This document shows, piece after piece, positions 27,747 through 36,510 of a stretch of 43,376 nucleotides of DNA; within the stretch, counting starts at the first letter, position 1, and each line of letters starts with the position of its first letter. The notes beneath the pieces were generated by a model. The model was not told the origin of the DNA. It searched no databases and saw nothing but the letters and a program-made list of their open reading frames with translations. A program made the position numbers and the translations under genes. Origin of the DNA: an uncultured Nitrososphaerota archaeon (GTDB lineage: Archaea; Asgardarchaeota; Njordarchaeia; Njordarchaeales; Panguiarchaeaceae); NCBI GenBank assembly GCA_964636085.1, contig CAZWPQ010000009.1, positions 1-43,376 on the forward strand, in the 5' to 3' direction.

Positions 27747-27757
27747 ACCAATCTCGT

Positions 27758-28645
27758 TTATTTGGAGAGCATTATGTTATATTTACCATAGAGGCCCTTC
27801 ATTGGAATGAGCTCGACATTCCTTGTCCTTGGCGACAACTCAGCGTGTTGCGAGATCCATACCGATCCGATCCCACCGACTATTCCAGCCAGAGCATCTA
27901 TTGGTACGATTTTAACTCCAGTATTCCCAACTATATATGCTTCTACCCAAGCATGCGGATTATCTTTGTATAGCCCCCTAATCACAGTTGCAGGAATATC
28001 ACATGCTCGAAGTATTGTAACTATTAAATCCGATATGCTTAGGCATGATCCTTTTTTCCTTCTTATTGTATCGGTAGCGCTTAGTCTGACATATGTCCTC
28101 TCATACTTTATGTTTTCTATGATCCAGTATACAGTGTTTCTTATAGTTTCAAATGGTTTGTCGGACAATACTCTCTTTACGATCCTGCCGATTGTACCCG
28201 ATCTGTATCTTTGGTAAGGAGCTGGCTGTATTAGCTTTTCCCAGTCATATAATATTTTAAAACATTTCTCCTCATTGACTACTTTGAACGGCCTCGTCTT
28301 GACTAGATACCGTATTGGAATCCGTACCTTGGCTTTTGGTCTTAGGACAGGAATGAATGTTTCATGATAGAAGTTTCCTAGTTCATCCGTCTCCGTTTTT
28401 AATTCATAGGTTGATTTTGTTTTTACTATCTCTTGGTGGGGATCTCTACGTAGACCTAAGCATCGAATCTCAATGTCGTGTACTGGTTTTTTCAGATTAT
28501 TACATACCTCGATTTCAATGGTTAGGGGTATCTCTGAGATCGTTCCCATCTCAACGTAATAGTCCGAGTAAAGGGTCTCCAGTACAAATGATGGATTATA
28601 TGCAGGGGTCTTTGTTCTGGCTACCTTAACTCCGTAGAACCCCAA
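27758..28645 (-). CDS. Transglutaminase-like domain protein
   Basis: NIKY, KKGSCLSIS (Cys), ILRACDIPA, HAWVEAY (His), PID (Asp). Confidence 0.85.
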   Translation of the reverse strand: MGFYGVKVARTKTPAYNPSFVLETLYSDYYVEMGTISEIPLTIEIEVCNNLKKPVHDIEIRCLGLRRDPHQEIVKTKSTYELKTETDELGNFYHETFIPVLRPKAKVRIPIRYLVKTRPFKVVNEEKCFKILYDWEKLIQPAPYQRYRSGTIGRIVKRVLSDKPFETIRNTVYWIIENIKYERTYVRLSATDTIRRKKGSCLSISDLIVTILRACDIPATVIRGLYKDNPHAWVEAYIVGNTGVKIVPIDALAGIVGGIGSVWISQHAELSPRTRNVELIPMKGLYGKYNIMLSK

Positions 28646-28676
28646 TAAAGCTCACATTAATGAATCAGAATGCATG

Positions 28677-29225
28677 CTACCTTAGCCTCCTGTAGATAAA
28701 TAATCCTACCACCATCAGTATGACATCCGCAATAATGGCCCACACTATTGTTGGGATCGTTATCGCTGATTTTATCCAAAATAGATGCCCCTTAACTACA
28801 TAGTTTTCAACTTCTCCCGCAGCTCCAGCCGTGAATTTTGTAATCACACATACAGTTATGTTGTACCTAGCAGGGGTGTAGTCCAGTTTTATCCGTATTT
28901 CTATCGAGAAAACTTCTCCAGGATTTATAAGTTGTCCTATTTCGCGAGTTCTACTGTAAACCCTCTCGATATTTCTCCAGCGATTATATCTTTTCTCTAT
29001 CCGCCATATTGTCGTATTGACCTCAGTAATATTCAGAATATTTGTTCCAGAGTGGTTATTAAATACGGACACATAGATAACCATTTCCTCCCCTTTCCGA
29101 TATACCTCTTTGAGTTCTGATGCAGAAGTAAGAACATCCTTTGCTTCGACGCCCTTAATGGCTATGTGAAGGGGCAACATTAATAATAGCAATACCAACA
29201 ATACCCTCGCATTCATAGACGTCAT
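28677..29225 (-). CDS. Type I membrane protein (signal peptide, Ig-like domain, C-terminal TM anchor)
   Basis: Hydrophobic N-terminus ending VEA, beta-rich body with N-x-S/T sequons, C-terminal TM followed by RRLR. Confidence 0.75.
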   Translation of the reverse strand: MTSMNARVLLVLLLLMLPLHIAIKGVEAKDVLTSASELKEVYRKGEEMVIYVSVFNNHSGTNILNITEVNTTIWRIEKRYNRWRNIERVYSRTREIGQLINPGEVFSIEIRIKLDYTPARYNITVCVITKFTAGAAGEVENYVVKGHLFWIKSAITIPTIVWAIIADVILMVVGLFIYRRLR

Positions 29226-29320
29226 CCATATACAAATTGTTATATAGACACTTTCCCATTTTTTTACGACTGTTTACATATTATGTTTTAAGAATTTTAA
29301 AATAAGTTAAGGTATCAGAA

Positions 29321-29782
29321 TTGAGCATTGAGATTGCCTACAGGCTTTTCTTCACAAATAAGATTGATGAAGCAAAAAAATTGGTTAAGCGAATTGTACA
29401 GAAATCTCCGTCATCTAAGGCTTTTTTCCTTTTCGCACTTATACACTATAATGAGGGGCTCTATAATGAGGCTTTTTGGGCTGTTGATAAGGCTCTGGAA
29501 CTCGACGATAGTTATTACGAGGCATGGATCCTTAAGTCTCATATACTGCGGAAAATGGGTAGATATCAAGCTGCCCTAGACTGTTTGGATAAGGCGTTTG
29601 ATATACAGTATAAACTGGAGGATTATGTCGATTATGAGATATACGTGTTGAAGGCCAGAATTTATTTAGAGATGGGTAAAGTCCAAGACGCTATAAAGAT
29701 CCTAGACATTGCAAAGAAGATAAATCCCATGGACGAAGAGATACTGGAATTATCCAAGCAATTAAGAAGGCGCACCAAATGA
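29321..29782 (+). CDS. TPR repeat protein
   Basis: Canonical TPRs (YNEAFWAVDKALELD; GRYQAALDCLDKA; GKVQDAIKILDIAKKINP). Confidence 0.85.
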   Translation: MSIEIAYRLFFTNKIDEAKKLVKRIVQKSPSSKAFFLFALIHYNEGLYNEAFWAVDKALELDDSYYEAWILKSHILRKMGRYQAALDCLDKAFDIQYKLEDYVDYEIYVLKARIYLEMGKVQDAIKILDIAKKINPMDEEILELSKQLRRRTK

Positions 29783-30366
29783 TGAGTCGCGTCATATATT
29801 TTGTTACTAGCAACAGACATAAGTTTCAAGAAATTTATGACATCAGTAAACATCACGTGCCTTGGATTGAGATAAAAATGAGAGAAGATGTACCAAAGCT
29901 CGAAATACAGTCGCATAGATTGGAGGAAATAGCGCTTTTTGCTGCCGAAAACGCGGCCAAAAAATTCGATGAAACCTTTATTATTGAAGAGGCCGGCCTA
30001 TTTGTAAAAGCCCTTAATGGTTTTCCTGGGCCATATTCAAGCTATGTGTTTAAAACAATTGGCTGTACCGGCATACTCAAACTACTCCAAGACCAGAGGG
30101 ATAGATCAGCCGAATTTAGAAGTGTACTAGTACTACATCATAGAGGCTTCTTTAAAGTATTCATCGGGACGGTAAAAGGATTAATATCTTACGAGGAGCG
30201 AGGAAGCCAAGGATTTGGGTTCGACCCCATATTTATCCCCCAAGGCCACAATAGAACATTTGCAGAGATGACTCTACAGGAGAAGAATAATTTAAGCCAC
30301 CGAGGAAAATCAACAAGACAACTAATCAAATTCCTTAAAACCCTATTTGAATCTGAAAATAGATAG
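29779..30366 (+). CDS. rdgB: XTP/dITP diphosphatase (RdgB/Ham1)
   Basis: FVTSNRHK, EIQS, GLFVKALNGFPGPYS, GFGFDPIF, EKNNLSHR. Confidence 0.95.
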   Translation: MMSRVIYFVTSNRHKFQEIYDISKHHVPWIEIKMREDVPKLEIQSHRLEEIALFAAENAAKKFDETFIIEEAGLFVKALNGFPGPYSSYVFKTIGCTGILKLLQDQRDRSAEFRSVLVLHHRGFFKVFIGTVKGLISYEERGSQGFGFDPIFIPQGHNRTFAEMTLQEKNNLSHRGKSTRQLIKFLKTLFESENR

Positions 30367-30459
30367 AAGAACATTAGCTAACTTTTAAAAAACAGTTTAA
30401 CTATAATAGTTATAGTGGTGGTGGCACTCACCAATGTACTCATCTACAGAAATCATGGA

Positions 30460-30552
30460 GGGCCCGTGGCGTAGCCAGGGGAAACCTTATCCTGAAAGCG
30501 CGTCCGGCTCATAACCGGACGGTCGAGGGTTCAAATCCCTCCGGGCCCACCA
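30460..30552 (+). tRNA. tRNA-Ile2 (CAT) with a 15-nt D-loop intron (30482-30496), CCA encoded
   Basis: GGGCCCG acceptor stem and CCGG-CTCATAA-CCGG arm are typical of archaeal Ile2 (agmatidine) tRNAs. A CAGG/CCTG helix with 3-nt bulges defines the intron; spliced length is 78 nt. Confidence 0.85.
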
Positions 30553-30653
30553 TCGCGGGCCTTCTATTCATGATTCTAATTCTTTCTTATAGTTTTGGAG
30601 ATATACATATTTTAGGTTGGCCACTATTGTTTAGGACAACCTAGTGGTAAAGC

Positions 30654-33194
30654 ATGAGTAGGGCTAAATGTCCACGTTGTGGCAAGAATTTAGAGGTAGA
30701 AATAACGAGCATATCGGATAGTACTTTAAGAATTCTTCTATACTGCCCAAGCTGTGGGTATTATCAACAAATTAAAGCTGAAAAAAGGAGGACGAATACC
30801 ATTAAAGAAGTTAAAGAAGAGTCAAAACAAACGCTTATTCAACCAATTAAGAGGGTCCCGAATACCGCCCCCAAAGCCGTAAAGTATCTCATGAATATCT
30901 TTAGAGATATGGGTTACTCCTCGTTTATCCCAACCTATTATGCAGATCTTCATATAGAACCGCCAGAGTTTGGATGCGATACATCTCCAAACTCTCTACG
31001 AAGGTTGGGTTTCTCAGCAGAAATAGCCGATGTACTTTCGCGTCTGCTTCGGGAACGTGGAATTTATCGATTTTATAAGTTTCAGGAGGAGGCAATAAGA
31101 AATATACTTAGTGGTTTAAACATAATTATTGTTGCACAGACTGCTATGGGAAAAACAGAGGCATTCCTACTACCATCTTTGCAGATTGCTATACGATCTA
31201 AAAGAAAACCATCTGTTCTTGCTATATATCCCACCAAAGCTTTGGCACGTGACCAACTCTCCAAGTTTGTATATTATTCAAGACCTCTGGGCATAAGGGT
31301 AGGAATTCTGGATGGGGATACCCCATGGGCTGAGAGGAAAAGAATAGTTATGAACCCCCCAGACATACTTATAACGAATTTCGATATGATCCACTATTGG
31401 CTACCTAGACGCCATACCAGAGGCGGAGCAATTGTTAAACTCTTCACAACGGCTAGACTTTTAGTTATGGATGAGGCCCACGTATACAGTGGTGCTTTTG
31501 GTACCCATGTACATTATATCCTCAAGAGATTATCAAGAATTATTAAACGCAATAATGGTGATATACAATTCGTGTTATCATCAGCAACTATCGCGAATCC
31601 TAGCGAGTTCGGATCACTACTCATTGGGGAAAACATAAAAACAGTTATGGGGCGGGGGAGAAGATGTAAACTGTCCATACTTTTTATATACTGCTATGAT
31701 CCACCATTTAGAGCCTCCGCTAAAATCTTGGCTGAATTGGTGCGCTCCAACACGAAGACCTTAGCTTTTTTAAATACCAGATCCTCGGCCGAGTTGGCCT
31801 ATAATATAATCAAGAGGGCAAGGAATCCATATCTAAGAAACAAAATTGAGCTACATCGAGCAGGCCTACCGGCAAGGACTAGAGTCTCAATAGAAAATAG
31901 ATTCAAAAAGGATATCTTAACAGGTCTTATCAGTACGCCAACACTCGAGCTAGGAATCGATATTGGAAGTGTATCGGCGGTTATAACCTCACTAACTCCA
32001 GTTGATAGGTTTATACAGAGAAGCGGGAGAGCTGGTAGGAGAGACCAGCCCGGTGTGGCAATCCTATTGTTGCGTGCAGACGACCCAATATCTGAATATT
32101 ATGCATTAAATCCCGAGGAATACTTCAGGGATATAGCCAGTAGATTTTTAGAGCCAAAAAATAAGTTTATCGCGAAGAAACACATATATCTTATGGCCTA
32201 TGAGGCAGCATTGACAAAAAAGGAAGTCGATGAATATGCTATTCCCCTTGACCTAATTGAGGAGCTTGTAGAAGAAAGGGGCCTATTTAAGACCCATGAA
32301 GGATGGTTTGCAAATGGTGTTCTCTTTAACAAATACTTTAGCAGGAACATAAGGGGGATAGACATTCAGATAGATGTATTTCACAGAGATAAGCGAATAG
32401 ACCAAAGAGAAATTCTTTTGGCTTTAAAGGAATTATACCCTGGAGCAGTATACTTGAATCGAGGAACCAAATATGTCGTAACTGAGCTTGATGTTAAGAA
32501 TAGACGTGCCATCGTCGAAAAAGCTCCCGCTGAGTATCAGTATTTTTATACCAAGCCTCTATATAGTTATAGCGCCATCCCAGAAGACAAATTAGAGCAA
32601 AGAAAAATATGCGGCACGGTTGTTTATTATGGACTGTTGAGAATGACAATTTCAGTTTGGGGATACCTAATATTCAAAGAAGGAGAAAAGAAACCAATTT
32701 CCCAACGTGAATTAGACAAAGAGATACAATATACATATCCAACCTATGGACTATTTTTCAAAGCCCCAATCTATTTTTCTCAGGACGAGGATGAAATTGC
32801 TGGTGCCTATCATGCAACAGAACACATATTAATCGAGGGAACCTATAGAATCTCTGGAGGGTCTGAATATGATCTGGGAGGAATCTCCTACGGAACTTCA
32901 GGCCTCATAGTTATACATGAAGCTCTACCTGGGGGCAATGGCGTGGCACGCCTACTATTTGAGAGATTTAGGGAAGCAGTGAAAAAATCCTACGAACTCC
33001 TAAACAGCAAGACTTGTTTGGCCAAAGAAATTCTAAACAAGTGTGTATTCTCTTACCACTGCGGCAATAACAACAAGCCCCTTAATCAAGTAGGCGCGAG
33101 GAAGATTCTAGAGAAAATGATTGCATGCGAGCCCGTAGAGGGAGCCGAAAAAGCACCAGAATTATTAAGACTATTCGAGAAAGGGATCGTATAG
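30654..33194 (+). CDS. Hrq1/MrfA(SftH)-type DEAH helicase with N-terminal zinc ribbon and DUF1998 C-terminus
   Basis: CPRC...CPSC, TAMGKT, YPTKALARDQ, DGDT, DEAH, SSATIANP, HRAG, TLELGIDIG, QRSGRAGRR, HATEH, GGNG, CGNNNKPL. Confidence 0.92.
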   Translation: MSRAKCPRCGKNLEVEITSISDSTLRILLYCPSCGYYQQIKAEKRRTNTIKEVKEESKQTLIQPIKRVPNTAPKAVKYLMNIFRDMGYSSFIPTYYADLHIEPPEFGCDTSPNSLRRLGFSAEIADVLSRLLRERGIYRFYKFQEEAIRNILSGLNIIIVAQTAMGKTEAFLLPSLQIAIRSKRKPSVLAIYPTKALARDQLSKFVYYSRPLGIRVGILDGDTPWAERKRIVMNPPDILITNFDMIHYWLPRRHTRGGAIVKLFTTARLLVMDEAHVYSGAFGTHVHYILKRLSRIIKRNNGDIQFVLSSATIANPSEFGSLLIGENIKTVMGRGRRCKLSILFIYCYDPPFRASAKILAELVRSNTKTLAFLNTRSSAELAYNIIKRARNPYLRNKIELHRAGLPARTRVSIENRFKKDILTGLISTPTLELGIDIGSVSAVITSLTPVDRFIQRSGRAGRRDQPGVAILLLRADDPISEYYALNPEEYFRDIASRFLEPKNKFIAKKHIYLMAYEAALTKKEVDEYAIPLDLIEELVEERGLFKTHEGWFANGVLFNKYFSRNIRGIDIQIDVFHRDKRIDQREILLALKELYPGAVYLNRGTKYVVTELDVKNRRAIVEKAPAEYQYFYTKPLYSYSAIPEDKLEQRKICGTVVYYGLLRMTISVWGYLIFKEGEKKPISQRELDKEIQYTYPTYGLFFKAPIYFSQDEDEIAGAYHATEHILIEGTYRISGGSEYDLGGISYGTSGLIVIHEALPGGNGVARLLFERFREAVKKSYELLNSKTCLAKEILNKCVFSYHCGNNNKPLNQVGARKILEKMIACEPVEGAEKAPELLRLFEKGIV

Positions 33195-33265
33195 CATGTA
33201 ACCCTGATAAAGAGCGATGATATACTAAAGTTTTATACTAATCTCTAATTCTTCAATTATATATG

Positions 33266-33287
33266 GCATATCAAATTAGTGATATGC
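33266..33287. repeat. Perfect 8-bp inverted repeat between a TATA-like element and tRNA-Arg(CCT)
   Basis: GCATATCA-aattag-TGATATGC, with TTATATAT at 33257-33264 immediately upstream. Confidence 0.6.
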
Positions 33288-33306
33288 ATACCTATATTAG
33301 CCACTA

Positions 33307-33405
33307 GGGCCCGTGGCGCAGCCAGGAGTCCCACCCTGAAAGCGCGGTGGCCTCCTATAGGGGGAAAGCCACGTGTCGCGGGTTCAAATCCCGCCGGGCC
33401 CACCA
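33307..33405 (+). tRNA. tRNA-Arg (CCT) with two introns (33329-33340 in the D-loop; 33358-33366 at 37/38), CCA encoded
   Basis: Removing TCCCACCCTGAA and TAGGGGGAA gives a 78-nt cloverleaf with anticodon loop CTCCTAA, A20 and a GGGCCCG/CGGGCCC acceptor stem. Both junctions form bulge-helix-loop motifs. Confidence 0.85.
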
Positions 33406-33419
33406 TAAGCCTATAATAC

Positions 33420-33504
33420 ATGATGAATGTTCCGCAGAAATATATGATGAGAGGATGTACCACCGAGCTGTCCGCGATGAAGATTTGGTCCTTCTCTGAG
33501 CATA
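33420..33504 (+). ncRNA. Box C/D guide sRNA
   Basis: Core: C box ATGATGA 33444-33450, D' CCGA 33463-33466, C' GCGATGA 33474-33480, D CTGA 33496-33499. An extra ATGATGA lies at 33420-33426 and CAGA at 33435-33438. The locus is intergenic. Confidence 0.75.
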
Positions 33505-33531
33505 ATTATTACACGAGATCTTGTAATTTCG

Positions 33532-34678
33532 TCACATAGTGAGTGGTATCCCTAACTCCCTCGCAGTGTTTATAGCTCTGCTATATTCTTCATGAGTTAT
33601 TCTTCTGCTGATTTCCTTGTAGTCATGTGCTTTATATTCTGGCCTGTATTGTGCCATTATGTTTACTCTTACTTTGGCCAAGTCCATGTTGTTCTTAATC
33701 CATTTTAGTATTGGTATTGTGCAGCAATCCAGATGATTCGGAAGTACCAAGTGCCTTATCAATATCTCATCGCCATTTTTATTTACAAAAGTGAAGTTTC
33801 TTGATATTACATCAAAATATCTTGGGGCTTTTGAGAGTCTCATCGCACACTCATTGTTGCCATATTTAAAGTCTGGTAACCATAGGTCTATAACACCGTC
33901 TAATAGCTTTAATGCCTCAACACTCTGGTAAAAGTTAGAGTTCCATATTTGTGGAACTGAAGCGTTGGTATGAAGCAATACATCAAATATATAGTGTATG
34001 TTGGGGCCGGGGTCTCCACCAACCCCAGTTAACATTCCTTATCTCATTGCTATTCCAACGCTTTTCTATCGTTATTGCCAACTCTATGGGTGGTATTGTC
34101 ATGCCCGTTGTTCTCTGGGAAATGTCCCAGTTCTGACAATAGACACATTTGAAGTTACATCTAGAGAAAAATATAGTAAAGCTTGGAACGAGTTCTGGTT
34201 CTTCGCCTACATGTATAAATACTGATGCTATCCTCGCATTGCTGTTTAGTTGACAAAAACCTAGCTTACCTTCGATTCTATTAACGCCACATAGTCTCTC
34301 GCAAAATCTACAGTTGGTCAACATGGCCCAAGCAATATCTCTCTTTAGTTTTAGAAGATTGTTATCCTCTACATGTCTTGATTTGTACCATCTTTCGATC
34401 TCATCGTCGTCCTTCTCATGAAGCAATTCTTTTAGCTCCTCCATGTATATATCATGAATCCTCCACATGGTGTCTATATCGTTGGGGTTAAATGGTTCTA
34501 CATTTATTTTCTTGCACAGCAAGAATTTTGCTATCGCCTTTCCCGCTAGGATTCTCCAGTATCTATTAAACCTGAATATTGCGTCTTTATCCTTTAGAAT
34601 ATCTACACAATCTGGTCTCCAGAAGGTCACAGGTACACTACTTAAGTCAAGGTCCATGATGACTTTATTGACCGACAA
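33532..34678 (-). pseudogene. PflX-like radical SAM protein, split by a +1 frameshift (true pseudogene or sequencing error)
   Basis: The 5' ORF has CRFCERLCGVNR, GEEPEL and CNFKCVYCQN; the 3' ORF has GGDP, WNSN, PDFKYGN, IRHLVLP and MAQYRP. Deleting one G from GGGG at 34023-34026 restores NVNWVGGDP. Confidence 0.85.
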
Positions 34679-34726
34679 TTTAGAAAACCTTTAAGATCCC
34701 AAAAAATGTCGAAGCAAATATTGACA

Positions 34727-36433
34727 TTATCTAGCAGAGGTAACTATTCGAAGCAAGTCAAGCGTTGGGCGATCCTTTATCTTTATTATCAAGTAGCCCA
34801 TTTTTTTAGAGATAATAATGCTCTGTTTACCTATCAGTATTATGAGTCTTGCATCAGTCAGATTATCCACCAATGAGGCAAGGTTCATTATATTCCTGAT
34901 AAAATCTTCCTGCTCCTTAGCTAAGAATGCATCACTATCATGAGCCACGACATATGTGCCATTCTCCTTAGTAACTATATAACAACTAATTGCATTTGGT
35001 ATAATTCCCTTAATACTTCTGGCTATATCCCAGACATTCTCAGTTTTGTTTAGTGCTAAATTTATTGACTCAGACTTCTCAATAGGGATAGGTGTTTTAT
35101 AGCTCTCCTCTACGGATAATGACGACAGGAGAAACAGCATATCTTGGACATTTTCTCCCTCCAACTCTAGCACCATTGTTCTCTTACCAAAAATAATACC
35201 ATAAGCCTTTTTCTCGCCACTAATATACATGGCACTTGGCTCAAAAATCCCTGCTGCGCCTACAACCTTTATGAGACTGCTTAAAAGATCCCGAATTTCT
35301 TGGGTTAGTTCTTTGTCACCTCCATGGGACACATGTATTCTATTCCTATCATATGCCATAATGAAACATCTCGACACGAAGGGTATTTTGCCTCTTAGAG
35401 TTCTCGCAATGTTCCATAACTCATCATTAGGCTCGATTTCGATTTCGATAGGTTTTACCCTGTGTGCCGGGGCTTTTTCTTTGGGCAAACGGGGGGATGG
35501 TCTCTCTATTTTTACTTCTTTTGGCAAAGCTTCTTTCATTACATCTACGGGACTTGGTACCTCTGGTAGTTTTTCTATACCTGTTTCTAAACTCTCTAAT
35601 TCCTTTAATGGTTCTTCATGTAGAGTCTCGGTAGTAGGTGGAGGTGTTGGTACTTCTACCTCTTCCACCCTGATTTCCTCTACTAACTCACTGGGTTTTT
35701 CTAGAGGAGCTTCTGCTGGCTTAATTTCGGGAGGGGTCGCAGTGGCTTCTGATTTAGGAGCTTGGACACTGGTGGGTTTCTCTTCAGTACCGATGGGTTT
35801 TTCCGTACTCTTTAGTTTCTCTATTACTGTCTTTGGGGGTCTTAAGTCAAAGTTTATGCTCTCTATACATAGGAACGTAAGTGTGACATTATTCATATCC
35901 ACACATGATATGACCACATGGGGCACCGAGTATCCATAGAGCATTGTAGTATGCTTTGATAGATATTTAGCGATTTCCTCACCTTTGGCTACAGCGTCAC
36001 CATTTACACCCAAATCTCTTTTTGTCCCTACGACCATCATAGCAATAGCACTCTTAAGTTTTCGCGCTGGTTCTAGTTCATCTTTTATCATACTCATTAG
36101 TATCTCCGCGGATGAAGGATCCGTTGCATCATACATAAATAGCCATCCAACTATCTTAGAAAGCGCGTCGAGCCTTTCATCTTTATATTCTGGTCGCCCT
36201 GGGACATCGACAAGTGTTAACTTGTATTTTTCCACACTTATAGCAGTTCCAAATTCCGTTGGTCTTTTATATTCTCTTAGTACCTCCTCCTCTTGGCTTT
36301 TTTCACTGGGTTTTGGGGAAGAAGCATCTTTCCTAAGCAACATGTTTCTAAATAATGTTTTACCAGCGTTGCTAGGGCCATATAAAGCTATTTTTACTCT
36401 CGGTATAGCTCTAGGTATAAATTCTTCGCCCAT
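34727..36433 (-). CDS. Ras-superfamily small GTPase fused by a Pro/Glu-rich linker to two tandem roadblock-like domains
   Basis: G1 GPSNAGKT, G3 DVPG, MYDATD, G4 TKRD, G5-like ISC. The C-terminal repeats begin LWNIARTLRGKIP and VWDIARSIKGIIP. Confidence 0.8.
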   Translation of the reverse strand: MGEEFIPRAIPRVKIALYGPSNAGKTLFRNMLLRKDASSPKPSEKSQEEEVLREYKRPTEFGTAISVEKYKLTLVDVPGRPEYKDERLDALSKIVGWLFMYDATDPSSAEILMSMIKDELEPARKLKSAIAMMVVGTKRDLGVNGDAVAKGEEIAKYLSKHTTMLYGYSVPHVVISCVDMNNVTLTFLCIESINFDLRPPKTVIEKLKSTEKPIGTEEKPTSVQAPKSEATATPPEIKPAEAPLEKPSELVEEIRVEEVEVPTPPPTTETLHEEPLKELESLETGIEKLPEVPSPVDVMKEALPKEVKIERPSPRLPKEKAPAHRVKPIEIEIEPNDELWNIARTLRGKIPFVSRCFIMAYDRNRIHVSHGGDKELTQEIRDLLSSLIKVVGAAGIFEPSAMYISGEKKAYGIIFGKRTMVLELEGENVQDMLFLLSSLSVEESYKTPIPIEKSESINLALNKTENVWDIARSIKGIIPNAISCYIVTKENGTYVVAHDSDAFLAKEQEDFIRNIMNLASLVDNLTDARLIILIGKQSIIISKKMGYLIIKIKDRPTLDLLRIVTSAR

Positions 36434-36510
36434 TATTAATCCCTAAAAACTCTATGACAATAATATAGGCATTCACAAATAAATAAAATTATCTTTAAAA
36501 GGTATCAACT

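Noticed and set aside
30460-30552. Elongator tRNA-Met assignment
   Set aside because: The GGGCCCG acceptor stem matches archaeal Ile2; elongator Met tRNAs usually start GCC.
33200-33242. CTGA...GCGATGA as another C/D sRNA
   Set aside because: No upstream C box and only a poor D box (CTAA).
33352-33367. Amber-suppressor (CTA) or Ser (GGA) reading of the expanded anticodon loop
   Set aside because: The BHL geometry, U33, A20 and the Arg-type acceptor stem favour CCT with a 37/38 intron. There is no long variable arm and no tRNA-Pyl features.
33257-33463. 68-aa minus-strand ORF
   Set aside because: It is the antisense reading of tRNA-Arg(CCT) and the sRNA.
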